Virus record (IMG/VR): IMGVR_UViG_3300040959_000809
Strand: one strand, 5' to 3'
From: a virus
Length of the DNA: 64,000 bases
Part shown: positions 1 to 9,834 of the stretch, piece by piece
Numbering within the stretch: position 1 is the first letter of the stretch
Layout of the letters: each line of letters opens with the position of its first letter
Notes under the pieces: model-generated
The model's database searches: none
The model's input: only the letters and a program-made list of their open reading frames with translations
What the model was told of the DNA's origin: nothing
Translations under genes and position numbers: made by a program

Positions 1-837
1 TTTATTGACTATGTCAACATCTTTTTTCAGAATAAGTGGGTTTTGTCGAGCTGGTTGACCATCTGGTGTTTTAATTGCATCCAGATCTACATGGTGGTGG
101 GTACGACCATAACGCTCAACTAAAGTCACCACATCTGGATGCATTTCTTTGAGCATTTGAGATTTACGGAGAGAAGCATCTTCCTCGTAGTTATTATAAA
201 CCTCGGAAGTATTGCCACCCTTAACAGTGCCAGTCCGTAGTTTTCCACAGAGGAAACCATACATCAACATAGTACACAGCCCTCGCTTAAGCACACGGAT
301 AGATAGGTCCACATCCTCATTAAATTTACCGCGCCATTTTTCTGGGCAGTCATTGTCAATAAGAAAACAGGACATAATCCGTGTGTTCAGAATATAAGGA
401 GGATAGTCATAATCGTCAACCACAAAGAATTTATATTGTAGACCAGCCAAGGCTACATTTTCAAATCGGTCAACGAAATCCTCGGTCGCACGGAAAATAG
501 ATGAGCCTTTTTCGACACGATACCTTTTGTTATTATGAACACGCCAGAACTCTGCAATGTTATCATCCATGAGCCAATGTCGCTTGAAGCCGTTTGCCTG
601 TGAATGTTCCCAACACCAATTCCGAGCAGGACCAGAGCCCTTGCCGTGATTACTGAAAGGCAGTGCCAATACTTTTTTAGGGTCAATCACAGAGCAGTAG
701 TCATCATACTCTTGCGGTTCGACCGCAATATAATATGGAACACCCATACCTTCAAGAGCCTTACTCGTATAACGAGATTCATGGCGACCCTTTGAGATAA
801 TATAGATTGGATATTTTGTGGAATATTCTTCACTCAT
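1..837 (-). CDS. TET-associated (TAGT/GREB1-like) glycosyltransferase, truncated by the window edge
   Basis: Not in the ORF track. Manual translation from ATG 837 is open to position 1: MSEEYSTKYPIYIISKGRHESRYTSKALEGMGVPYYIAVEPQEY...ARNWCWEHS...HWLMDDNI...WRGKFNEDVDLSIRVLK...KGGNT. The YPIYIISKGR, MDDN and NED motifs fit this family. Confidence 0.75.
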   Translation of the reverse strand, partial: MSEEYSTKYPIYIISKGRHESRYTSKALEGMGVPYYIAVEPQEYDDYCSVIDPKKVLALPFSNHGKGSGPARNWCWEHSQANGFKRHWLMDDNIAEFWRVHNNKRYRVEKGSSIFRATEDFVDRFENVALAGLQYKFFVVDDYDYPPYILNTRIMSCFLIDNDCPEKWRGKFNEDVDLSIRVLKRGLCTMLMYGFLCGKLRTGTVKGGNTSEVYNNYEEDASLRKSQMLKEMHPDVVTLVERYGRTHHHVDLDAIKTPDGQPARQNPLILKKDVDIVNK

Positions 838-1102
838 CTGCAACATACCTATTCATATTATTACGTTCACGTCCCTTTTCAGGAAACCATACAACGTTTG
901 TTTTATCCGTCAACTGATAGCCCATCCGTTTGGCAAAGTCCTCTCGGTGTTCACGAGATTTAAATTTAATTGTCATCTGTTTCCAAGGTTCTAGCTTCTC
1001 GGATGTAAAAGATGGCATACCAGCTGCATACCACTGAACGTATGGGTTCCGCCATTCGTTTTGTAGTTCCTCTATTGTATCAACTTTTTTATACATTGTC
1101 AA
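830..1102 (-). CDS. small protein typically adjacent to TAGT glycosyltransferases
   Basis: 90 aa ORF whose stop overlaps the ATG of the glycosyltransferase; contains TIKFKSREHREDFAKRMGYQLTDKTNVVWFP. Confidence 0.6.
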   Translation of the reverse strand: MTMYKKVDTIEELQNEWRNPYVQWYAAGMPSFTSEKLEPWKQMTIKFKSREHREDFAKRMGYQLTDKTNVVWFPEKGRERNNMNRYVADE

Positions 1103-1111
1103 CCCCTAATT

Positions 1112-1309
1112 TCAATCTAAATCGCATAACCATTCATTATTTTCATAGAATGCAATTAATGTATTATTTTTTAGTCCAAAAGGACTCTTAACGAGAGCCA
1201 TGGGTTTGCCTGATGTTGAATTTACATCAAGTCTGATCAGAGGAACCGTATGGTTCCCCTCATCTGTATTGTAACCACGGTTTACAAAATGAACCTCAAG
1301 CTGTCTCAT
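1112..1309 (-). CDS. hypothetical protein
   Basis: 65 aa ORF packed in the operon; its start overlaps the upstream stop. Confidence 0.6.
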   Translation of the reverse strand: MRQLEVHFVNRGYNTDEGNHTVPLIRLDVNSTSGKPMALVKSPFGLKNNTLIAFYENNEWLCDLD

Positions 1310-1620
1310 TCGTCACCAAAAAATGATTCGAGACCAATATTTTCGTCTGCCATTTTATAGACCATATCCTTGAGCTTGGGCATAGGTTTATCACCTATAG
1401 CCAGCATAAAGGCTTTATAGTCACCCTCATTTCTAAAGTTTACATAGAGTTTTTGCCATTGCTCTGGGAACTCGGGGTCCTGTGGCTTTGGCTTTACAGT
1501 TGGTTTGTATTCATCTTCCTCACCAAGAAACCTACCTAGAGTATTAGGTAAGTTCTCGTCAGAAACATAACCAACCATATCGTCGTACTCTTGCGACGTG
1601 TCGTGTTTATATTCCTTCAT
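1306..1620 (-). CDS. hypothetical protein, probable paralog of 830..1102
   Basis: LYVNFRNEGDYKAFMLAIGDK resembles TIKFKSREHREDFAKRMG of 830..1102. Confidence 0.6.
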   Translation of the reverse strand: MKEYKHDTSQEYDDMVGYVSDENLPNTLGRFLGEEDEYKPTVKPKPQDPEFPEQWQKLYVNFRNEGDYKAFMLAIGDKPMPKLKDMVYKMADENIGLESFFGDE

Positions 1621-1653
1621 TAATATACCTCATGTTTTGTTTTACACATGTAT

Positions 1654-3012
1654 TTAGACACCAAGCAGTTCCTTATATTGAGTAATAGATAAGGATCCCA
1701 TCTTTTTGTTGTGATAACCTGAAATCATTGCCAAGTTCTCGTATGTGGTTTTACCACCGTCTGTATGAGCAATAATGTGACCACCCTCAGCACTTTCGAG
1801 TATAAGTGGTTTGCCGTCAACAGCACATTTGAAACCTTGTTCAGCCAATTTCGCCTCGCGCCATTCCAATGGGAAAGAACGAAGTTTATCCTTGACTGTA
1901 ATAATTGACTCGAGATTAATATCCTCAAGCAACAATTCAATAGGATAGATCACGTGAGCACGAGAATCAAATTCTCCAAGTGAGTCGTTAAATTGCTTAC
2001 CGATGGTTTTGGTAGAGTCAAAAGGCGACAACGCTTGTAGTCGTTTTGGCTGTTGGTCATATTTGATCTTGAATGGTGCATATGCCTTATAGACAACATC
2101 AAAGAATTCATCGTAATCAGAAATTTTGAATGAGCCATATGTCTCTTCCATATACAACCATAGGCGATAGAAAAGAGTAAATTCCTTCTGAGGCATATTT
2201 TGGCTGTTGAACCGCTTTTTACGAATATCAGCCATTTTAAGAACAAAGTCAAGGTTGTTGTGTACCTTTTCGGAAATCTTATCCATCTTGTCCTGAGTGA
2301 TGTCTGCTTCGTACATATCCTCAAGATCTTTATCGGTAGAGGTATTCAACCCACCCCCATCATAATAACGGAAGAAAAGACGAGCGACCATTTCGTCGAT
2401 ACGTAAGCCTTTATTATCGAAAAGAACCTTAGTGAAACTTTTCTTGGCTTCTCCATCCTTCTGAGTATAGTCAAATAGGGGGTGGATTGAATTGGATACA
2501 CCAGGGACCATACGAACCGTCTCACGAATTGCATTAGCAACAGGTGTCGAGCCATAAGAGTTCAGCATCTCCTGGTGATTAACTTGTGTTGTTTCGTTTA
2601 AGGAACGGAAGATATAGCCAACCTGCCACCCCTCAAGGTTTTCGTAAATACAAAATGTCAAGTCGGTGTCTAGGAATGCATCCCGTTCAGCCGAATCAAA
2701 GTCACGAAAATATTTCCCAGTCTTGAAATCAGGGAAACGATTTTCAAAGAAAGCCTTGATATACCGCTTTCGGTGACCACCGTCAATACTTTCGAATTTA
2801 AAATCACCTTCTGGTGTTTCATGAATTGTGATCTGACCTACATCAATGCCCATAAGCATAGAGTTTAGGATACCCTGTGCCTTACTTGGCTTTGACCGAC
2901 CAACCATAACTGGATCTCGGTCCAAACGCTGTCCTACTGGTTGTGTATCAATGTCGCCAAACATCAACAAAAAGTCACGGACGGACATTGTTTCTTTACG
3001 AAATTTAAACAT
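1654..3012 (-). CDS. DUF262 (ParB/Srx-like) plus C-terminal HNH protein, GmrSD/SspE-like nuclease architecture
   Basis: IDGGHRKRYI matches the DGQQR-type DUF262 motif, followed by IFRSLNET. C-terminal CAVDGKPL...GGHIIAHTDGGKTTYENLAMISGYHN is an HNH motif. Confidence 0.7.
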   Translation of the reverse strand: MFKFRKETMSVRDFLLMFGDIDTQPVGQRLDRDPVMVGRSKPSKAQGILNSMLMGIDVGQITIHETPEGDFKFESIDGGHRKRYIKAFFENRFPDFKTGKYFRDFDSAERDAFLDTDLTFCIYENLEGWQVGYIFRSLNETTQVNHQEMLNSYGSTPVANAIRETVRMVPGVSNSIHPLFDYTQKDGEAKKSFTKVLFDNKGLRIDEMVARLFFRYYDGGGLNTSTDKDLEDMYEADITQDKMDKISEKVHNNLDFVLKMADIRKKRFNSQNMPQKEFTLFYRLWLYMEETYGSFKISDYDEFFDVVYKAYAPFKIKYDQQPKRLQALSPFDSTKTIGKQFNDSLGEFDSRAHVIYPIELLLEDINLESIITVKDKLRSFPLEWREAKLAEQGFKCAVDGKPLILESAEGGHIIAHTDGGKTTYENLAMISGYHNKKMGSLSITQYKELLGV

Positions 3013-3067
3013 AATATAGTTTCCTTTTTCACCTTATAGAATATACTATAACACGAATAAAAACAAA

Positions 3068-3073
3068 TGTCAA
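3068..3073 (-). promoter_or_regulatory. sigma70-type -35 box of an early promoter (GGTTGACATT family)
   Basis: aatgtcaacc on the + strand, with an AT-rich UP element and a -10-like box pointing at ORF 3012. Confidence 0.6.
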
Positions 3074-3103
3074 CCATTTTTTTACTTTTTTTTTACTTTT
3101 TTA

Positions 3104-3307
3104 TTAAAAGTGGTTGGTAATCATATCCAAACGATCCTGAGCAGCTGCCATTGCATCCAATTCCTTTTGGATGGTTTCAATGATATCGGAGTGCTCACCG
3201 ATACCGACCACCTTTTGCATATAGACTTCAATATTTGTTTTATGCAGTTCAATTTCTGCCTCGGCATGTAGCCGAATAGCTTTTAGCATACGTTCTCTCA
3301 ATTCCAT
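3104..3307 (-). CDS. conserved small marine myovirus protein
   Basis: 67 aa with RBS; NIEVYMQKVVGIGEHSDIIETIQKELD motif. Confidence 0.6.
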   Translation of the reverse strand: MELRERMLKAIRLHAEAEIELHKTNIEVYMQKVVGIGEHSDIIETIQKELDAMAAAQDRLDMITNHF

Positions 3308-3317
3308 AATCCTTTCC

Positions 3318-3581
3318 TTAGAGGTCGATTAGATCCGACCACTGTTTCAATTTTTGTCTTTTAGCGGCTTTATGTTCTGCCACTTCCTTAAGATCAATAA
3401 GACCATATTGATCCAATAGGTCGATCATACACATCAGATCGCCAACTTCCACTTCAAGTTTGTGGATATTTTCGGCGGTGTCAGAACCAAACCGAATAAT
3501 TTTTGCAGCCTCTACTTGTAGTTCTGCACATTCCTCCATGGTAATAGTTAATGCCTCTTGCTTAATCTTGTCCACTATCAT
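3318..3581 (-). CDS. MazG-like nucleotide pyrophosphohydrolase
   Basis: TMEECAELQVEAAK...EVEVGDL fits the EExxE/ExxD pattern; likely start is ATG 3581. Confidence 0.6.
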   Translation of the reverse strand: MIVDKIKQEALTITMEECAELQVEAAKIIRFGSDTAENIHKLEVEVGDLMCMIDLLDQYGLIDLKEVAEHKAAKRQKLKQWSDLIDL

Positions 3582-3801
3582 CAGTAGTCTCCTCTTCACG
3601 CATTTCCGCAATCTTTACCAAATCAGCCAAAGCATCAAACTCTCGTTGGAGTTTACCTTTGTACTCATCAGTAATTTTTAAACCTGACTCTATTACATCT
3701 GCTGGAGAGCCATCCTTTAAGATTTTATTCGAATCAGTCACAAAGTCTATTTGCTTTTGAATGGCTTCCAGCCGTTTTCTCATTTCGTTTAAATCTGACA
3801 T
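3562..3801 (-). CDS. hypothetical coiled-coil protein
   Basis: 79 aa with GGAG RBS, directly downstream of gp43. Confidence 0.6.
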   Translation of the reverse strand: MSDLNEMRKRLEAIQKQIDFVTDSNKILKDGSPADVIESGLKITDEYKGKLQREFDALADLVKIAEMREEETTDDSGQD

Positions 3802-3810
3802 ATTTGTCTC

Positions 3811-6351
3811 CTATGAAAAGAAATCTTCGAGAGTACTTATTTTCTCCGAGGACCAGCCAAGAGCATCGAGAATATGCTCAATAGGACTGAGGAATACCTT
3901 TTCGAACTGAGTGTCGTAGTCGATATAATCATGGAGGCCCATTTCGTTGGGCAAGACACCAGGAAAAGATATAGTATTCTCTCGGATTGGATTTGGCACC
4001 TTCAGATAGACAAATTTGACCTTGTCACCAGATTGTACCTGCTCATACCGTTTATTTAGTTTTTTCTGCTTGAGGTGGTGATTATATAAAATAGCACCTC
4101 GGACATGTATCGGTGTGCCTTTACGATAAAGATTGGCGCGGTCCTCATATTTGCCAATGTTATCGGTACCAGATGTTTTACCGATTTCCTCGGGCCCATA
4201 TGATTTGAATTTGTCACGGAAGTCAGCAATAAACGCCTGGGTTTCCTCTTCGTTGCCATTCATAATCACGGAAAAGGTTTCCTTCATTTTCTCTCGGCAA
4301 ATTTCGGGAGTAGACGAACGAACAGACTCGAGACCAGTTACGGAGATTTTTGGTTTTTCATAGTGAACACCTTCGGAATTGAGTGTATTCATGATGTACC
4401 GTTTTTTAGCAACGAACAAGGATTTGTCAGTAATTTTTTCACGTTTCATGAACATTGCCTGACGATAGGCACCCATTTTTTTAGCAAGTTCCTCATAGCC
4501 GGCATCAATAATTTCCTCAATTTTGGAACCACATACCTGATCCAAGAATGTCTCACCGCGTTCACGCTCAATGTCAGTGGTACCAAACGACGCCTCAATC
4601 AGTGGACCGAAGTGAACATAAATTGAATCGGTGTCAATATATGCAATATAATCCCTACCCTCAGTTTTGAGGATTTTGTTCATGTATTCGTTGACCGATT
4701 TTTGTGCCCATCGAATGGATAACTGACCAGATGTAGTGATTGCCTCAGCCATATCGTTAATATAGTAGAGGAAGTAGATGTTTGCCGTAGCACCATATAG
4801 CGAGTTCATCGCAATTTTGATAGCCATCTGAGAGTTATGAAGTTGGTTAGCCTCTCGTTTGAGTTTTTCCTTTTGTTTCGGATCAGTCTCCACCTCAAGT
4901 TGTTGCTCGACCGCAAGCATTTCCTTTTTAATGCCAGACCGCCGATTGTAATATTCGTCAATGATGCCAGGAATAATACCAACCTTTTCGTTACTGAAAC
5001 AGGCACCATTTGCACAAACAGAAACAGATGAATCATTGTTTCGGAATTTATCATCAAGAACCATATCCTGACTCACATATTCACGGCGATCTGGCATATA
5101 AGTTTCAGGTGACATGTTATATTGCAACATCAGGTGAGGATACAGAGAGTTCAAGTCAAATGAAACAATCCATGGATGTAAACCAGTATCCGGATCCTTA
5201 ACATAACCACCAACCAGTTCCTCAACCCTTTCGCCTGGCCCACCTTTAATATCTGGTACAATTTTATCAGCGATTAGACGGCGATAGATGGTCGTTTCCC
5301 AAATGCCCACCGTACCAAACGCTGAAGGAATATTATCGCCACCACCGTAGGCAACGGTCATTACCAACGAGAGCAGACCGGTTTCGTCCTCAAATTTTTG
5401 GATGAGCTGTGTGTCCTTGAGGTTATAATCAAGATACAGTTGGGGATTTTGTTCGTACAGGGCTGTCAGGTTACCATATTCAGAATAATCCAATTTTTTC
5501 TCACCAAGGACTGTATGAGCCACATGGTCGAGTTTGTATGATTCCTGGGTACCATATTTGTAACCAAATTTTTTGAAGGCATCCATGTAGTCAATTACAT
5601 GCAGACCAGTCATTTTGTATGTCGATTGGTCCTTGCCGAAGAAGGTACGAGTATCCTTTTTGATAGACCGCCAAGGAGATAGATCCTTTGCTCTTTCCTC
5701 ACCTAAAAGTCGTATGATACGTGTGACAATATATTGAATATCAAAGTACTCGACGTTCCATCCGGTCACCACATCAGGATAATCATTTTTCCAAATGTCA
5801 ATGAACCGGCGAAGCAATGCCTCCTCGGTGTCAAATTTCATAAAGTGAATGTCATCAGGGTCGATGTTTGTGGTAGTAGCATATTTGTCATAGTCCTTAC
5901 GCCCAAGCAAATGATAGGTATTGCTCTTGGAGGATTTATATGCAATGGATGTGATTTCCTTGTCGGCAGTATCAATGTCAGCATAGCCGTCACTGATGTC
6001 AACCTCAATATCGAAGGATACAATGTTAATGTCGGACATATTGAATTTGATTTCACCAGGATAATTTTCCTGAATGAACTGAGCAACATAGTTAGTATTG
6101 CCATAGATGCCCATGTTGGAAATACCTTTGTATTCCTCAACAAACTGTTTGGCCTCGGACATAGAGTCAAAGGTTTTAGGATGAAGTTCTTTGTTACCGA
6201 TTAGGGACCGAAACTCACCACCAGGCTTGCGTGTGTTTAGATATAATGTGGGCTTGAATGGAACCTTACGAGAGAACCGTTTGCCGTTTTTGTATCCACG
6301 CCAGAGAATATTGTTGCCCCAGCGATCGACTGATGTGTAGAATGAAGTCAT
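3811..6351 (-). CDS. 43: family B DNA polymerase (T4 gp43)
   Basis: Exonuclease motifs FDIE, GWNVEYFDIQY and DYNLKD; polymerase motifs SFDLNSLYPH, KIAMNSLYG and YIDTDS; C-terminal clamp-binding TLEDFF. Confidence 0.97.
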   Translation of the reverse strand: MTSFYTSVDRWGNNILWRGYKNGKRFSRKVPFKPTLYLNTRKPGGEFRSLIGNKELHPKTFDSMSEAKQFVEEYKGISNMGIYGNTNYVAQFIQENYPGEIKFNMSDINIVSFDIEVDISDGYADIDTADKEITSIAYKSSKSNTYHLLGRKDYDKYATTTNIDPDDIHFMKFDTEEALLRRFIDIWKNDYPDVVTGWNVEYFDIQYIVTRIIRLLGEERAKDLSPWRSIKKDTRTFFGKDQSTYKMTGLHVIDYMDAFKKFGYKYGTQESYKLDHVAHTVLGEKKLDYSEYGNLTALYEQNPQLYLDYNLKDTQLIQKFEDETGLLSLVMTVAYGGGDNIPSAFGTVGIWETTIYRRLIADKIVPDIKGGPGERVEELVGGYVKDPDTGLHPWIVSFDLNSLYPHLMLQYNMSPETYMPDRREYVSQDMVLDDKFRNNDSSVSVCANGACFSNEKVGIIPGIIDEYYNRRSGIKKEMLAVEQQLEVETDPKQKEKLKREANQLHNSQMAIKIAMNSLYGATANIYFLYYINDMAEAITTSGQLSIRWAQKSVNEYMNKILKTEGRDYIAYIDTDSIYVHFGPLIEASFGTTDIERERGETFLDQVCGSKIEEIIDAGYEELAKKMGAYRQAMFMKREKITDKSLFVAKKRYIMNTLNSEGVHYEKPKISVTGLESVRSSTPEICREKMKETFSVIMNGNEEETQAFIADFRDKFKSYGPEEIGKTSGTDNIGKYEDRANLYRKGTPIHVRGAILYNHHLKQKKLNKRYEQVQSGDKVKFVYLKVPNPIRENTISFPGVLPNEMGLHDYIDYDTQFEKVFLSPIEHILDALGWSSEKISTLEDFFS

Positions 6352-6402
6352 AATATACCTTTTGTTCAGTGATGTTTACATTGTATAACATAAGAAACAA
6401 TT

Positions 6403-6408
6403 TGTCAA
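6403..6408 (-). promoter_or_regulatory. sigma70-type -35 box upstream of gp43
   Basis: tgtcaacc on the + strand, with a TATACA-like -10 about 17 bp downstream on the minus strand. Confidence 0.55.
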
Positions 6409-6635
6409 CCATTTTCTTTCCATGAGTCCATTTCAGTAATGATCTCATCACCTTCCTTATCATTAGCAATACCATATGCCATAGCCTGGATATCATCAAT
6501 AAGATTTTGACATGCCACCTTATCATATTCCTTGTAAGAAATTTCAGAAAATTCATTTCTTAATCTATGGACCAGTATTGCCTTGTCCTTCATTATGTTG
6601 AGTCTGCGAATTAAATCTTCCACAGAATGTAACAT
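6405..6635 (-). CDS. hypothetical protein
   Basis: 76 aa between gp46 and gp43; true start may be internal (MKDKAIL). Confidence 0.5.
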   Translation of the reverse strand: MLHSVEDLIRRLNIMKDKAILVHRLRNEFSEISYKEYDKVACQNLIDDIQAMAYGIANDKEGDEIITEMDSWKENG

Positions 6636-6647
6636 TTGCCATCCTCC

Positions 6648-8360
6648 CTATGCTGCAATTTCACTGAAGTTTTTAACTTTTTGGAATCTTACATGTGAAG
6701 TGAATTTTTCTGCAAATTGATCACCACGGTGTGAGATTACAAATATATTATCGTCCTTATTTAGATTATTTAGAGTTTCGATCAGGTTTTCCACACCAAC
6801 ATTATCCATAGCACCATCCAATGTTTCATCAAGAATGAGCAGATTTGTTGTTACCGAATTACGAAGTTTGGCAACGGATCGCCAAGCCAACATAATTGAT
6901 AAGGAGATGCGTAACTTTTCACCCTCAGAAAATGATGAGTATGAAAACGTATCCCGGAATCGAGACTTGATAATCTCATTAAAGTTTTCGTCCAATTGAA
7001 AGTCTACAAATAAATCAAATGCACCAAGATATTTATTGATAAGTTTATTCATCACCGGAATATATTGTTTGATTATTTTAGCCTTAATGCCACCATCCTT
7101 AAGAATAGTTGATACGACATTCAATGTGTCTCTTTCGTCAAGCATTTCAGCTCGATCTGTTTGATACACACCTAGTGTTTCCTTGGCTGCCTGTAGTTTT
7201 GAACCATCAACTTCTTCTACTTCTTTTTCTGCTTTGTCTAATTCAGATTTATATTCTTTTAAAGCAGTTTTTGACATACGAATATGTACTCTATGCTCAC
7301 TAATGGTCAGGTTTTTATCTCGAATTGTATCCTCAATCACAGAAATTTCCTCAATCCGAGCCTCATAACCTTTTACCTTTTCCGATAATTCTACAAGGGC
7401 CGCCTCGATCTCAGATACCTTTTTACTTTTTTCGGTAACTACATTTTCTTTGAACGAGTGCTCAATACCTTGTTTACAAGTAGGGCAATTATCATGGTCA
7501 TGGTAGAATGCTAATTCTTTATTGTAAGTTCTAATGGTTGACTCGAGTTCATGCTTTAACGAACTGGCCTTCTCGGCTTTGGACTTGACACTCGCCTTAT
7601 CTTGGATGGTTTCAATGAGCGTGGTGATCTCACCTTCGACTGTTTCGATAGACTCTTTTTCTTGTTCCACCCTCGATATGTGCTCACCCATCTTCTCCTT
7701 AATTTTCTCGACCTCAGCCTCTTTTAATCCAAGCATTTCAGTCTGGTGTTCCTTTGCGGATTCAATTTTGGATTCAATGAGATCTATCTGGTAACTATTT
7801 TCATTAACATTTATTTTATTATCATTGATTTTATCTTTAACTAATAAATTCATAGTACTGAATACCTGAATATCTAGCAGATCCTCAATAATTTCACGGC
7901 GTTGACCCACCGGCAATTCCATAAATGGGACATAGGTAGCACTACCGAGGACAACAATCTGATTGAATGATTTATAGTTGATTCCCAGAATATTTTGTTC
8001 CAAATAAGACTGATAATCTCTTTTGGCTGAATCCTGGTTCAGTAAGGTACCGTCCTTAAAGATTTCAAACACATTTGGTTTCATACCACGGCGAATCATA
8101 TATGTAGAACCACCAACGGCAAAGCTGACCTCAACCAGCATATCCTTTTTATTAATACTATTTACGAGCTGTGGTTTATTAATTTTACGGAAAGGCTTCC
8201 CATAAAGTCCATACACAATAGCATCCAATAGAGTTGATTTACCACTACCATTAGAACCACTTATAAGGGTAGTAGGTTTTCGGTCCAGTTGAATTGTCGT
8301 AAATGAATTTCCAGTGGAAAGGGTGTTTTTATATTTTACGCTTTTAAAAGTAATTCTCAT
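6648..8360 (-). CDS. 46: recombination endonuclease ATPase subunit (T4 gp46, Rad50-like)
   Basis: Walker A GSNGSGKST, zinc hook CPTC, signature FSEGEK, Walker B LILDE, and ISH. Confidence 0.95.
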   Translation of the reverse strand: MRITFKSVKYKNTLSTGNSFTTIQLDRKPTTLISGSNGSGKSTLLDAIVYGLYGKPFRKINKPQLVNSINKKDMLVEVSFAVGGSTYMIRRGMKPNVFEIFKDGTLLNQDSAKRDYQSYLEQNILGINYKSFNQIVVLGSATYVPFMELPVGQRREIIEDLLDIQVFSTMNLLVKDKINDNKINVNENSYQIDLIESKIESAKEHQTEMLGLKEAEVEKIKEKMGEHISRVEQEKESIETVEGEITTLIETIQDKASVKSKAEKASSLKHELESTIRTYNKELAFYHDHDNCPTCKQGIEHSFKENVVTEKSKKVSEIEAALVELSEKVKGYEARIEEISVIEDTIRDKNLTISEHRVHIRMSKTALKEYKSELDKAEKEVEEVDGSKLQAAKETLGVYQTDRAEMLDERDTLNVVSTILKDGGIKAKIIKQYIPVMNKLINKYLGAFDLFVDFQLDENFNEIIKSRFRDTFSYSSFSEGEKLRISLSIMLAWRSVAKLRNSVTTNLLILDETLDGAMDNVGVENLIETLNNLNKDDNIFVISHRGDQFAEKFTSHVRFQKVKNFSEIAA

Positions 8361-9424
8361 TATGTAATATTCATAGCCTCTATATACAGATCATCGATTG
8401 TCTTTTTGACTTTATTTTTATCAACTGATGTATCTAGTGAATCAATATAGTTATGTAGGATTTCCTTAGTATCCTTAGTCTCGTCGAGTATTTCGTCAGC
8501 ACCTACGGATTCAAGATTTAATGCATCATCCACCGCTTTAACATCTGCGGCACCTGAATCAGCCAACCTACTCATAAACAGATCATATATGTAAGGGTTT
8601 GTTCTGTTTTTAACAATGACCTTGATATATGTATCATCTAGCATGGAGACATCCAACTGAGCAATATCGTCAACTGTCATGTCCGTGTCGTCATAATCCA
8701 ATTTATGGAACACACGATTTGGATTTATAACCCGTGTCACATCGCGTGTTTCGGTGTCAAAGACATGGAACCCACGTTTGCCTTGGTAATCAGACCAAGT
8801 CATTTCATATGGGGCACCTAGGTATTCAATATTTCTATACCGTGATGGATGGTGGAAGTGTCCAGAATAAACAGATTCAAAGTTACCGAATACACTCATA
8901 TCCAAACCATGAGTACAAACAGTACCTTTCATCATCTCAAAGCCCTGTACCTCTAAATGTCCCATCAGAACATTTGCATCACTCTTTGAAATAGCATCCA
9001 TACATTTGTCTACATTGTCACGAGTAATCCAGGGAACCATTAGAAACTTTGTAGATCCTAATTGTAGTTCCTCTGGCTCGTGTTCATATATTTTAAAGTT
9101 TTCATACTCACGAAGAAGCAAATTCATAGAATTTACCTCGTTCGTGTTTGTGTAGTAGGTCGTATGATTACCCACAAGAGCATGGTATTTAATACCACGT
9201 TTAGCCATTTGTTCAAAGAAGTATTGTTTACCTCGTTGTAGGCTCACATAATTAATATATTTACGGCGATCAAAAGTATCACCGAGATCAAATACGGTAT
9301 CAATACCATGCTCATCCAGATATGGGAAAAATACTTCCATAAAGAATTTTTCTTGGTGGTTCTGAAAGACTTTACTGTCTCCTCGAACACCAATATGCAT
9401 ATCTGTTACAATTGCAATTTTCAA
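8360..9424 (-). CDS. 47: recombination endonuclease nuclease subunit (T4 gp47, Mre11-like)
   Basis: TDMHIG, LGDTFD, GNH, GHLE and GHFH metallophosphoesterase motifs. Confidence 0.95.
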   Translation of the reverse strand: MKIAIVTDMHIGVRGDSKVFQNHQEKFFMEVFFPYLDEHGIDTVFDLGDTFDRRKYINYVSLQRGKQYFFEQMAKRGIKYHALVGNHTTYYTNTNEVNSMNLLLREYENFKIYEHEPEELQLGSTKFLMVPWITRDNVDKCMDAISKSDANVLMGHLEVQGFEMMKGTVCTHGLDMSVFGNFESVYSGHFHHPSRYRNIEYLGAPYEMTWSDYQGKRGFHVFDTETRDVTRVINPNRVFHKLDYDDTDMTVDDIAQLDVSMLDDTYIKVIVKNRTNPYIYDLFMSRLADSGAADVKAVDDALNLESVGADEILDETKDTKEILHNYIDSLDTSVDKNKVKKTIDDLYIEAMNIT

Positions 9425-9834
9425 AGTTTGCCCTCTTCTCTCATCTTGGCTCTAATCTTGGTAGCAGAAATGTTATGGACTGCATCACCAAGATCATGCT
9501 CTGTAAATGTATATCCAACACCTCTACCGTAGCTAATATCTACGATGTTCGGCACTTCTAAAATTAGATATTCATATCCATTTTGAAAGCCATGCGGTAA
9601 CAATCCTGCCTCAATGTTATTAATCACCTCAATGATTCCAAACGGGTTATCATCTTGTTTAGCAGTTCGTCCAGCACCAGCGTCTTCACCAACAATTCCT
9701 CCTACATCTCTTACCATTATAACAACTTGTCCAGTAATGTCAACACATTTTTTGAACAAAGTTGTGTGGCCGTCATGCCACGGTTGCCAGCGACCTAGCA
9801 TCTGAACTGTAGGCTTTTTATAATCAAACATCAT
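9421..9834 (-). CDS. cytidylyltransferase-like (HxGH) nucleotidyltransferase
   Basis: LGRWQPWHDGH and C-terminal ISATKIR. Confidence 0.75.
   Translation of the reverse strand: MMFDYKKPTVQMLGRWQPWHDGHTTLFKKCVDITGQVVIMVRDVGGIVGEDAGAGRTAKQDDNPFGIIEVINNIEAGLLPHGFQNGYEYLILEVPNIVDISYGRGVGYTFTEHDLGDAVHNISATKIRAKMREEGKL

Noticed and set aside
212-795. ORF-track calls 212..397, 453..686 and 604..795
   Set aside because: They are shadows of the real minus-strand glycosyltransferase (837 to <1), which is open throughout with no frameshift.
5300-5360. Odd-looking gp43 segment AYGGGDNIPSAFG as an intein scar or lesion
   Set aside because: The ORF is uninterrupted, of normal length (846 aa), and has no intein motifs. 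This is at most local divergence or a sequencing error.
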